DNA of 64,000 bases from Cellulophaga sp. Lineage in GTDB: Bacteria > Bacteroidota > Bacteroidia > Flavobacteriales > Flavobacteriaceae. The notes under the pieces were generated by a model. That model worked only from the letters and a program-made list of their open reading frames with translations, ran no database searches and was not told the DNA's origin. The translations under genes and the position numbers were made by a program. Of the stretch, positions 1 through 9,206 are shown one piece after another (position 1 is the stretch's first letter; each line of letters begins with the position of its first letter). The stretch is from contig JAZGEQ010000048.1 of the NCBI GenBank assembly GCA_036478775.1, forward strand, positions 19,112-83,111, in the 5' to 3' direction.

Positions 1-605
1 TAATAAACACCAGTTTCGTGGGGTAAGTTATCGATAACAGATTTCGCTAATAAAGGAGGAAGTGTTGCTTGTCTAGATTTTGGGTTTAAAAAAGAAAGGA
101 CAACACCATTAGTATCTAAGGCGAGTAATTTTTCAAATAAAGTAACAGTAGCTTCCGCATCTCCTTTGGCACGGTGTCTACCATTAATTTTAATACCTAA
201 ACTGGTACATAGACTACCAAGGCTATAGGTGCGTTGTCCGGGTATTAGTTTTCGAGAAAGTCGTACCGTACACAGTTTTTTCCGTTTAAATTCGGCACCC
301 AATTCTTCAAACTCCGCTTTAATAACATTGTAGTCAAAATTCACATTATGTGCCACGAAAATACAATCCTTTGTATAAGCAATAACTTCTTTAGCAATTT
401 CGTGAAACTTTGGCGCTGTACGCACCATATCATCTGTAATACCTGTTAAGCCAGAGATTTTATAGTTGATAGGTATTTCCGGATTTACTAAAGTGGTAAA
501 CTCTTTCACAACCTTTTTTCCATTGTATACAAAAATGGATATTTCGGTGATTTTATTGCCTTTTCCGCCAAGGCCTGTAGTTTCTATATCAACAATAGCG
601 TACAT
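1..605 (-). CDS. DEDDh 3'-5' exonuclease (Pol III epsilon-like) with the start of a GIY-YIG domain; runs off the left edge
   Basis: Not in the ORF track; translated by hand from ATG at 605: MYAIVDIETTG (ExoI), FVAHNVNFD (ExoII), RHRAKGDA (ExoIII), then NLPHETGVY typical of a GIY-YIG N-terminus. Confidence 0.9.
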   Translation of the reverse strand, partial: MYAIVDIETTGLGGKGNKITEISIFVYNGKKVVKEFTTLVNPEIPINYKISGLTGITDDMVRTAPKFHEIAKEVIAYTKDCIFVAHNVNFDYNVIKAEFEELGAEFKRKKLCTVRLSRKLIPGQRTYSLGSLCTSLGIKINGRHRAKGDAEATVTLFEKLLALDTNGVVLSFLNPKSRQATLPPLLAKSVIDNLPHETGVY

Positions 606-666
606 TAAACTTGAGTTATGTGATTAGAGAAACGTAATGAATAGATTTTGAAATTCATTTTTAGAG

Positions 667-1443
667 TTAAATAGCTAGATTTTTATCTATAGATTTAAGT
701 TCTACTTTCAGTTCTTGAAACATAGTAATAATACTACTTAGCTTTAGTTCTTCAACATCATATTCCTGAGTGTTTATACAACAAGTAAATTCCCAGAGTT
801 CCAGAATATCTTCTGTTTTTACTTCAAAGGGTTTATACGTTTTATTGTCAGAAGAGAGTAATAAACTATTATTCAATTCAATTTTATTGTAAACTCTTTT
901 ATATACTAATCCGTCGTCCTTAGTAAGTACAATATAAGTTCTACCATCTTTAACATCCCTAATGTCATCTATAAATTTAGCAACGATAAAAGCACCATCT
1001 TTAACAGGAAGCATAGAATCACCTTTTATGGGGAAAGCCCTATGCGTACCCGTAGGTAAAAAAGGAAGCTTTATTTTTTGTAGCTGCTCAATATATTCTG
1101 GATCATCGTAACCGCTTAAATATCCAGCGGATGCTTTGGTAGGTATAATTTCTATTAATTCTTCATTGTCTTCGGTAACCGTAATAGGAAATAAAACTCT
1201 TTTACTCCCTATTTCTATAAAAGAGGTAGTTTCTGCCTTTCTCAAATCGTTTCTCACTAAAATATCAATAGGAATTTTAAAGTAATTTGAAAGGTCTATA
1301 AGTTTATCAATAGAAGGTTCTGATCGTCCTTCTTCATAAGATCCAACCATGGAGCGTGTCCATTTTAAATCCTCGGCAAATTGTTCTTGCGAAAGTTTCT
1401 TGGTGGTTCTTAAATGTTTTAAGTTAGTTTGTATGTACTTCAT
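667..1443 (-). CDS. XRE/CI-type HTH plus S24 peptidase repressor (non-canonical LexA-like)
   Basis: N-terminal HTH_3 (LKHLRTTKKLSQEQFAEDL), Ala-Gly cleavage site (KASAGY), catalytic Ser (GDSM) and Lys (VYKRV). Confidence 0.9.
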   Translation of the reverse strand: MKYIQTNLKHLRTTKKLSQEQFAEDLKWTRSMVGSYEEGRSEPSIDKLIDLSNYFKIPIDILVRNDLRKAETTSFIEIGSKRVLFPITVTEDNEELIEIIPTKASAGYLSGYDDPEYIEQLQKIKLPFLPTGTHRAFPIKGDSMLPVKDGAFIVAKFIDDIRDVKDGRTYIVLTKDDGLVYKRVYNKIELNNSLLLSSDNKTYKPFEVKTEDILELWEFTCCINTQEYDVEELKLSSIITMFQELKVELKSIDKNLAI

Positions 1444-1459
1444 ATAAATATATCAACAT

Positions 1460-1504
1460 ACTACAAAATTAAGCAATTAAAACTACAAATTGTAGTTAAT
1501 TTTG
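1460..1504. promoter_or_regulatory. Divergent promoters with operator palindrome AACTACA-AAT-TGTAGTT
   Basis: Perfect 7-3-7 inverted repeat at 1481-1497; TAATTTTG -7 elements at 1464-1471 (minus) and 1497-1504 (plus); second ACTACAAA half-site at 1460-1467. Confidence 0.7.
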
Positions 1505-1525
1505 AAAAAAGTAAAATCTGCTAGT

Positions 1526-4498
1526 TTGTATCTCAATTGTCACACATATTATAGCCTGCGTTACGGAACCATAAAACCTGAGTTTTTACTATCTCTTGCT
1601 TTAAAAAATAAGGTAAGTTCTATAGCGCTAACAGATATTAATACAACTTCGGCTTGTATGGATTTTGTACGCCTATCACCCAAGTATGCTATAAAACCAG
1701 TGCTTGGAGTCGATTTTAGAAACGGAGCACAGCAACAATTTGTACTCTTAGCTCGGAATAATAATGGTTTCGAAAAGATAAATAGTTATTTGTCTGGTTT
1801 TTTGCATGCTTCGGAAAATGAAATTCCTGATAGATCTCCACAATTGGCAGATACTTATGTTATTTATCCTTACGAGCACACCAAAAATTACAGTCTTAAA
1901 CAGAATGAGTTTTTAGGAGTAAAGTCCCAAGATTTGAATAAGCTTCGGTTTTCAGAATGGAATAACAAACGCAACAAGTTGGTTGTTTTACAAACGGTGT
2001 CCTTTCAAGGTAAAAAAGGATTTAATACACATCGGTTATTAAGAGCGATAGACAAGAATACTTTACTAAGTAAATTAGAAGTTTCGGAACAAGGAAAGGA
2101 ATTGGACACCATGTTACCGTTATCAAAGCTATACGAAGCATACCACGATTATCCCGAACTTATTGGGAATACAAAACGTTTGTTAGCGGGTTGTAAAATT
2201 GAATTCGATTTTTCTAAAACGACTCCTAAGAACCAACAAGCGTACACGGGGAATATGCAGTTAGATTATAGGCTTTTGAAAAAACTGACTTATGGCGGAT
2301 TAGACTACCGATACAAAACAGCAGATAATGAAGTAATAGCAAGAATAGAAAAAGAGCTAAAAATTATAAAAGAGAAGTGTTTTGTGTCTTACTTTTTAAT
2401 TAACTGGAAAATTTTAAAATACGCCAGAAGCAAGGGCTACTTTTATGTAGGTAGAGGGAGTGGCGCCAATAGTATTGTGGCATATTTACTTCGTATTACA
2501 GATGTAGATCCTATAGAATTAGATTTGTATTTTGAACGGTTTATAAACCTGTACAGAAAGAATCCGCCAGATTTTGACATCGATTTTTCTTGGAGAGATC
2601 GGGACGATATTACCACATTCATTTTTAATCGTTTTAAGCATGCGGCATTAATTACGGTGTACAATACTTTTAAATTTAAAGCATCGGTACGAGAGTTGGG
2701 AAAGGTTTTTGGTTTGCCTAAATCTGAAATAGATATGCTGAGCAGAGGTAAGTATATTATTGAGAATTTAGACAAATTATCACAGTTAGTACTTCGGTAT
2801 AGCGAGTATATATTGGGGTTCCCAAATTATTTAGGAATTCATGCCGGAGGTATATTAATAGCAGAAAAGCCAATACATTATTATTGCGCCACTTTTTTAC
2901 CACCTAAAGGATATGCAACAACTCAATTTGATATGCTAATAGCGGAAGATATAGGTCTGTATAAGTTTGATATTTTAAGCCAACGTGGTTTGGGAAAAAT
3001 TAAAGAAGCAGTAGAAATTGTACAGTATAACCACCCAAATTTGGAGCCACTAGATATTCATGATATAAAAAGTTTTAAGGAAGATAAACAAATCAAGCAT
3101 ATTTTAAAAAATGCGCAAGCTATAGGTTGTTTTTATGTCGAATCTCCGGCAATGCGTATGTTGCTTAAAAAATTACGAGTAGATGATTATTTGGGATTGG
3201 TGGCTGCCAGTTCTGTAATACGACCAGGAGTTGCGAAATCGGGAATGATGCGAGAGTATATTTTGCGTAGTAGAATACCCGAGCGAAGAAAAGAAGCACA
3301 CCCTATTTTGTTAGAAATTATGCCCGAAACTTTTGGGGTAATGGTTTACCAAGAAGATGTTATTAAAGTAGCACATTGTTATGGCGGATTAACCCCTAGT
3401 GAAGCAGATATGTTACGACGCGGAATGTCTGGAAAATTCCGCTCTAGGGAAGAGTTTTTAACAGTAAAACAACAGTTTTTTAATAATTGTAAAGCAGTGG
3501 GAAGAGCCGAGATTTTAACCGCAGATATTTGGCGACAAATAGAAAGCTTTGCTGGTTATGCATTTGCTAAAGGCCATTCCGCATCGTACGCAGTAGAAAG
3601 CTACCAGAGCTTGTATTTAAAGGCGTATTATCCTTTGGAATATATGGTGGCTACACTTAATAATTCAGGCGGATTTTACAGTAGAGAGTTGTATGTAAAC
3701 GAAGCAAGAATGCATGGCGGAATAATTGAAGCTCCCTGTGTAAATACTAGTAATAAGGAAACAATTATTAAGGACAAAACTATTTATTTAGGGTTTCACT
3801 TTTTACATGCTTTAGAAGCGAATACTATAGCAAGAATTCTTATAGAGCGAATCAAAAATGGCGTATTTACAAGTTTGAATGATTTTATAGAACGAGTTCC
3901 TATTTCCATCGAACAGCTTAGCATTTTAATAAAAATTAATGCATTTCGGTTTACAAGAATTAATAAAAGAGAACTGTTGTGGAATGCTCATATGAAAGTA
4001 AATAAAGCAAGTTTTGAAGAGCTGGTAATAACACTATTTCAAACCGAAAAAACAACTTATAAAACACCAAAATTACACTGTACAAATTTGGAAAATGCAT
4101 TTGACGAAATAGAGATGTTGGGATTTCCTTTATGTAGCCCTTTTCAGTTACTAACAAAAGAATATAAGAGTTCGGTTTTAGCAATAGATTTAGTACGCCA
4201 TAAAGATAAAATAGTTACGTTGTACGGCTATTTGGTAACCGTAAAAAATACAAGAACAAGTACAGGAAAAGGCATGTATTTTGGAACCTTTTTAGATCAA
4301 AGTGGAAATTTTATAGATACAGTACATTTTCCGTTTGTAGCCAGTAAATACCCTTTTAGAGGTAAAGGAGTGTATGCTATTATAGGTAAGGTAGTAGAAG
4401 AATTTGAAGCCGTTTCTATTGAAGTTTCCAAAATGTATCGGTTGGCAGTAATAGAAGACCCTAGATATACAGAACCTATTAAAACAGTAGAAATATGA
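1526..4498 (+). CDS. dnaE2: Error-prone DNA polymerase III alpha subunit (DnaE2-like)
   Basis: PHP start YLNCHTYYSL, GRGSGA, PDFDIDF catalytic motif, AFAKGHS, C-terminal OB fold; TTG at 1526 preferred because the TTG at 1502 lies inside the -7 promoter element. Confidence 0.9.
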   Translation: MYLNCHTYYSLRYGTIKPEFLLSLALKNKVSSIALTDINTTSACMDFVRLSPKYAIKPVLGVDFRNGAQQQFVLLARNNNGFEKINSYLSGFLHASENEIPDRSPQLADTYVIYPYEHTKNYSLKQNEFLGVKSQDLNKLRFSEWNNKRNKLVVLQTVSFQGKKGFNTHRLLRAIDKNTLLSKLEVSEQGKELDTMLPLSKLYEAYHDYPELIGNTKRLLAGCKIEFDFSKTTPKNQQAYTGNMQLDYRLLKKLTYGGLDYRYKTADNEVIARIEKELKIIKEKCFVSYFLINWKILKYARSKGYFYVGRGSGANSIVAYLLRITDVDPIELDLYFERFINLYRKNPPDFDIDFSWRDRDDITTFIFNRFKHAALITVYNTFKFKASVRELGKVFGLPKSEIDMLSRGKYIIENLDKLSQLVLRYSEYILGFPNYLGIHAGGILIAEKPIHYYCATFLPPKGYATTQFDMLIAEDIGLYKFDILSQRGLGKIKEAVEIVQYNHPNLEPLDIHDIKSFKEDKQIKHILKNAQAIGCFYVESPAMRMLLKKLRVDDYLGLVAASSVIRPGVAKSGMMREYILRSRIPERRKEAHPILLEIMPETFGVMVYQEDVIKVAHCYGGLTPSEADMLRRGMSGKFRSREEFLTVKQQFFNNCKAVGRAEILTADIWRQIESFAGYAFAKGHSASYAVESYQSLYLKAYYPLEYMVATLNNSGGFYSRELYVNEARMHGGIIEAPCVNTSNKETIIKDKTIYLGFHFLHALEANTIARILIERIKNGVFTSLNDFIERVPISIEQLSILIKINAFRFTRINKRELLWNAHMKVNKASFEELVITLFQTEKTTYKTPKLHCTNLENAFDEIEMLGFPLCSPFQLLTKEYKSSVLAIDLVRHKDKIVTLYGYLVTVKNTRTSTGKGMYFGTFLDQSGNFIDTVHFPFVASKYPFRGKGVYAIIGKVVEEFEAVSIEVSKMYRLAVIEDPRYTEPIKTVEI

Positions 4499-5712
4499 AA
4501 GCACAACGAAGTATTGTACATATGGATTTGGATACTTTTTTTGTGTCCTGCGAGCGTTTATTAGATAGCAAATTAATAGGTAAGCCAGTGCTTATTGGAG
4601 GTACATCAAACAGGGGAGTAGTAGCCTCTTGTAGTTATGAAGCCAGAAAATTTGGAATTCATTCTGCAATGCCTATGCGGATGGCAAAACAATTATGTCC
4701 AGAAGCAATAGTATTACGAGGAAATGCAGGGATATACACAAAGCAATCCAAATTGGTAACCGATGTAATAAAAGACAGTGTACCGTTATATGAGAAATCG
4801 TCTATAGATGAGTTTTATATAGACCTTACCGGAATGGATAAGTTTTTTGGGTGCCACCAATTGGCATCAGAGTTGCGGCATCGGATAAAGAAAGAAACAG
4901 GCTTGCCAATTTCTTTTGGATTGTCTATAAATAAAACAGTATCTAAAATAGCTACGGGAGAAGCTAAACCTAATAATGAAATCCGAATTATTAGTGGGGA
5001 GGAACGTTATTTTTTGGCACCATTATCTGTACGGAAAATACCAATGGTAGGCGAAGTAACGTATAAATCTTTATGCGATTTGGGGGTGAAAAAAATACAG
5101 ACAGTACAAGAAATGCCCATGCAATTAATGCATAGAGTATTGGGAAAAAACGGACTTAATATTTGGAAGAAAGCAAATGGGATAGACAATTCACCCGTAA
5201 TACATTATCAGGAGCGAAAATCTATATCTGTAGAACGTACGTTTGATAAGGATACTACAGACATGCAAAAACTAAGAACAATTCTGATAGCGATGGCAGA
5301 GAATTTGGCATACCAATTACGAAGAGGAAATAAGCTAACCGCCTGTATTACGTTTAAAATTAGGTATTCCGATTTTCAAACATATACCCAGCAATTACGA
5401 ATTCCCTATACGTCTATGGACCATATAATAACTCGCATAGTTTTAGAGCTGTTTGCTAAGTTGTACAATAGGCGTTTGTTGGTGCGTTTAATAGGACTTC
5501 GTTTTAGCCATTTGGTAGAAGGAGGCTACCAGATTAACTTATTTGAGGACAATGAAAAACGAATTAATTTAACACAGGCTATAGATGAAATTCGGGAACG
5601 TTATGGCGATAGAGCCGTTATTAACGCAGGGGGAATGGGGGCTAAAAGTATTAGTAGATGGAATCCTTTCTCTGGAGAACCACCGCCTTTATTGCCAAAT
5701 AGGAGGCGGTAA
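4495..5712 (+). CDS. dinB: DNA polymerase IV (Y family)
   Basis: HMDLDTFFVSCE, SYEARKFG and SIDE motifs; clamp-binding QINLF; ATGA overlap with dnaE2. Confidence 0.95.
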   Translation: MKAQRSIVHMDLDTFFVSCERLLDSKLIGKPVLIGGTSNRGVVASCSYEARKFGIHSAMPMRMAKQLCPEAIVLRGNAGIYTKQSKLVTDVIKDSVPLYEKSSIDEFYIDLTGMDKFFGCHQLASELRHRIKKETGLPISFGLSINKTVSKIATGEAKPNNEIRIISGEERYFLAPLSVRKIPMVGEVTYKSLCDLGVKKIQTVQEMPMQLMHRVLGKNGLNIWKKANGIDNSPVIHYQERKSISVERTFDKDTTDMQKLRTILIAMAENLAYQLRRGNKLTACITFKIRYSDFQTYTQQLRIPYTSMDHIITRIVLELFAKLYNRRLLVRLIGLRFSHLVEGGYQINLFEDNEKRINLTQAIDEIRERYGDRAVINAGGMGAKSISRWNPFSGEPPPLLPNRRR

Positions 5713-5726
5713 TTTTTGGTTTAGTA

Positions 5727-6224
5727 TTATTCCCTCCCCATAGAATTTTCAATACTCTCTTCTAATTGGTGCTGAATTGCTGTATAGGATATAATTTTCC
5801 AAGAATCGGACTTTTTAACGAGAGTAATAGTCGCTTTTGCAGTTGTTATTTCGCCAGATTCCGTTGTCCATGTCTGGTCAAATGCCACCCAGGAAAGATG
5901 TTTGTCATGAAGAATAAGGTAATTCGAATTTGCAAAAATAGAAGTTATTGGTTCAGGGTTTTCTTTAAAAAAGGTTCCCCAATTTTTGCCATTATTCTCC
6001 CAACCTCGTTTTTGTTCAAAACCCGATTTGGTAACATCCAATCTTAAAACGTCTTTGCTATGGTCCCAAAAAGAAGCCCATTTTTTATAATCCTTTTCCA
6101 TATAGGCTTTAGTTTCCCCAGTAATGGCAGCTTTGATAGCTTCTTCCTCAGCTTCTGCGGAGGTATTTGTAGTCTGACAAGAGAATAAAACTAGAATACA
6201 TAGTCCAGATATAAAGTTCTTCAT
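5727..6224 (-). CDS. Lipoprotein, NTF2/SnoaL-like fold
   Basis: Lipobox LFSC; ITGETKAY..DYKKWASFW and a C-terminal WKII strand pattern typical of NTF2-like proteins. Confidence 0.6.
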   Translation of the reverse strand: MKNFISGLCILVLFSCQTTNTSAEAEEEAIKAAITGETKAYMEKDYKKWASFWDHSKDVLRLDVTKSGFEQKRGWENNGKNWGTFFKENPEPITSIFANSNYLILHDKHLSWVAFDQTWTTESGEITTAKATITLVKKSDSWKIISYTAIQHQLEESIENSMGRE

Positions 6225-6314
6225 GGAAGTTATTTTATTTTATCGAAAAATACAAAAAATTTAGATACTTGCTTGTTCTATTAATCTTTGAGTACTGCTA
6301 ATGTTAGAATAGAG

Positions 6315-6992
6315 CTAGTCGTTTATCCACGGAGAAGAAAAATGTATTTCATCTTTACCAGAGTAAATAGGAGTAAGAGGATCTGTTGTAATATACCAAG
6401 ATCTAGTTTTACATAGTTTCATAGCATCAATCTGGAACAATCCTTCTGTTAGAATTTCTTCTGCTTTAGACTCAAAATTTTTATGGAAAGCAAAACCAAC
6501 AAGTTGGTAATCTGATTCAGAAAAATAGAAATACCATTTTTCCTTTACAAAGTCTATGGTTACTTTGTAACTTGGAATGTTGTGAAAGAGAGTTTGTATA
6601 ACAGATTCATGAACTACTCCATCATCGTTTTTAAGGGTCATAGGTAAACCAAGAATAAAATGATAAAAATTCTTAGTCCAAGCAGTCTGCTCACAAGTTT
6701 TATCGCCCATTATAACCGTACAAGAAGTATCTGTGAAATCAACGCGTTGCGCTAATGTGGTATTTGTATAGGAAACCCGCTTGTTAGGATTGTCTAATCC
6801 AATAAATAACTTATAAAAAGAACTATCAGGATAGACAAAATTACTTTGGATCGCTATTTTTTGCTGTAAATTATTCCATTGACTTTTAGGGTCGTGAAAA
6901 GCGATACTCTTTTTCAATATTTCCTTGCCTGAAGGGGGAGTAGTACACGCGGAGATTAGAAATAGTAGGAATAGATATTTTTTGCAGATCAT
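6315..6992 (-). CDS. Lipoprotein, DUF6503-like
   Basis: Lipobox ISAC; KSIAFHDP..W and YHFILGLPMTL motifs; ATG at 6992 preferred. Confidence 0.6.
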   Translation of the reverse strand: MICKKYLFLLFLISACTTPPSGKEILKKSIAFHDPKSQWNNLQQKIAIQSNFVYPDSSFYKLFIGLDNPNKRVSYTNTTLAQRVDFTDTSCTVIMGDKTCEQTAWTKNFYHFILGLPMTLKNDDGVVHESVIQTLFHNIPSYKVTIDFVKEKWYFYFSESDYQLVGFAFHKNFESKAEEILTEGLFQIDAMKLCKTRSWYITTDPLTPIYSGKDEIHFSSPWIND

Positions 6993-7436
6993 TTTATTAT
7001 TTCTTTTAATCAATTATTTACCTCTGCAAAAGAAAACAAATTACATGGATTGTTAGTTAGTTATGGTATAAATTTGAAAATGGGCACAAGAAATGTTTGA
7101 AATTATGTACAAAAAAGCATCCTTGATTTTAATAGATATCCCATCATTTTAATTCTGCTTATTTCGTATAGAAATAAAGTAATTTTTCGGATAGCGTATT
7201 TAATAACTATCTATTGTTTAGGTAGTTGATGTTTTGGTGAAATTAAAAATATTTTAATGAAATTTTATTCTAGTGTAGAATAATAACAAAGTTTTACTAC
7301 TCTTCAAAAATAGATACTTCGTTTTTACAATAATGGCATTTTTCTTGCGTTTCATACTCTTATACTTTATTTAAATATGCTATAATTCTATGTGAAATGG
7401 CAAAACAAATAATAATGCATATTAATAGTTAAAACA

Positions 7437-7926
7437 ATGATAAAAAAACAATTGCCCTCTTTTTAATGGTCGGATTTTTAGCTTCTTGCGGAGGTACAAA
7501 AGTAATTCGGCAATCAAAAAAATAATGAAAGGAACATGGGAACTGTCCAATATTACGTACAGTGAATCTGGAAACTTTAAAGTAAACTTATTTAGTGACA
7601 CGAGTAAAGAGTGTTTTAAAGGCAGTATATGGCAATTTATTCCAAATAATAATACTGGGATATATACTATTGACAACAATACATGTTCTACGGGTTCTAG
7701 AGATTTTATTTTTAAAATTCAAGTGATAAACGCAGAAACAGGATTGTACGATTTTTTATTAAAGCCTACGGATAACAAGCATAAATCGGAAACAAATAAT
7801 GGATTTAGAGTACATCTAGAACAACTTTCGGAGGAAACTATGCAATGGAAACAAACTATTTCTTTAGAAGGAAAACCTTTTTATATCTATATGCATTTCT
7901 CGAAACAAATAAAACAAATAAAGTAA
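7437..7926 (+). pseudogene. Lipocalin-like lipoprotein with two -1 frameshifts
   Basis: ATG at 7437, signal peptide (TIALFLMVGFLASCGG) and mature domain (KGTWELSNITY...) lie in three different frames; each junction is an A7 run (7442-7448, 7516-7522). Confidence 0.7.
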
Positions 7927-8083
7927 TATCTATAGAACTGTGAAACGAGCATTAATTTTTTTAATCAAAAAATACTCCTAAGAGTATGATTAAAATAAAT
8001 TTATGAGAGAACGAGTGTAATGAGAGGTTACATGGGTTCTTAAAATTTTAAATAATTTTCACCATTTACAAAATTTTAAACAT

Positions 8084-8794
8084 ATGAAAAAAATAATAAA
8101 AAGCCTTTCTATGGCTACACTTACAGTAGCTTTATCCCTAAATTTGGGAAGTTGTACGGCATTAAAAAATACAAATAACAAACAAAAAGGTGCCGCCATA
8201 GGTGTAGCAGGGGGTGCTATTTTAGGTGCTATAATAGGGAATAACACAGGGAATAAACAAAATTCAGAATTAGGTGCTGTTTTAGGAGGTGTTATTGGTG
8301 GTGCTGCGGGTGTATTAATTGGCAAAAAAATGGATAAGCAAGCGCAAGAGATAGAGACCGAAATTCCAGGGGCTGTTGTTGAACGTGTTGATGATGGTAT
8401 TGTTATTACTTTTGATGAAAAAAGTGGTGTTTATTTTGCAACAGGAAAATCAAACATAAATAGTTCGTCACAAATAACTTTAGATAAGTTAACTAGTGTG
8501 TTGAATTCATATTTGGATACTAATGTTTTGGTTATTGGGCATACAGATGATGTAGGTTCAGATGATCTTAATATGAATTTATCGAAAAAAAGAGCCAATG
8601 CGGTAACTGATTATTTCGTAAAAACGAAAAGTTTAAACGCACAAAGGTTCACTACACAATGGTATGGTGAAACACAACCAAAATTTGACAATACAACAAA
8701 AGAGGGACGTTCTAAAAATAGACGTGTAAATGTTGTTATTCTACCGAATGATAAGATGAAGGAAGATGCTAAAACCGAGTCTTACGGAAATTAA
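8084..8794 (+). CDS. OmpA family lipoprotein with glycine zipper
   Basis: Lipobox LGSC, GAAIG..GGAILGAIIG zipper, GHTD..G..N..LS..RA and NRRV OmpA motifs. Confidence 0.92.
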   Translation: MKKIIKSLSMATLTVALSLNLGSCTALKNTNNKQKGAAIGVAGGAILGAIIGNNTGNKQNSELGAVLGGVIGGAAGVLIGKKMDKQAQEIETEIPGAVVERVDDGIVITFDEKSGVYFATGKSNINSSSQITLDKLTSVLNSYLDTNVLVIGHTDDVGSDDLNMNLSKKRANAVTDYFVKTKSLNAQRFTTQWYGETQPKFDNTTKEGRSKNRRVNVVILPNDKMKEDAKTESYGN

Positions 8795-8816
8795 TCTTAC
8801 CTAAAAAACACATAAT

Positions 8817-8846
8817 AAAAGCCTTTCGATACTTCGAAAGGCTTTT
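8817..8846 (+). terminator. Intrinsic terminator after ompA
   Basis: AAAAGCCTTTCGA-TACT-TCGAAAGGCTTTT. Confidence 0.8.
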
Positions 8847-8914
8847 CTATTTAATATGAATATGATGAATTTCTGCTCTATCGCGTTGACCTTTATTTTT
8901 TAAAGTTCTGCCTA

Positions 8915-8938
8915 TATTATTATTATTATTATTATTAT
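8915..8938. repeat. (TAT)8 microsatellite
   Basis: Eight perfect TAT units read directly. Confidence 0.9.
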
Positions 8939-9033
8939 CTTTAAAAGGGAGAGCGAATATAAAAGGTTTGTTTCTTAGTAATTCCTCTGGGATTTCCCGC
9001 AGTATCATTAAGTTAAGGAGATTTATTCTATTT

Positions 9034-9128
9034 TGTCATTGCCCTATTCTTCTTCGCTTAAGACAGGCTAAAGTCGAAACGCAATGGGAATAAGAATTTA
9101 AATATCTTCGACTGCGCTCAGACTGATA
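9034..9128. repeat. REP-like palindromic element cluster
   Basis: 9096-9128 matches the reverse complement of 60135-60167 at 29/33; GTCATTGC...GCAAT arm upstream. Confidence 0.7.
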
Positions 9129-9206
9129 TTTCTACTCTCAACTTAATGGTATTGGGTTTTATCGAGGTTGGTTATTGAAAAAATATGGGTCTACAATGGT
9201 TATAAA

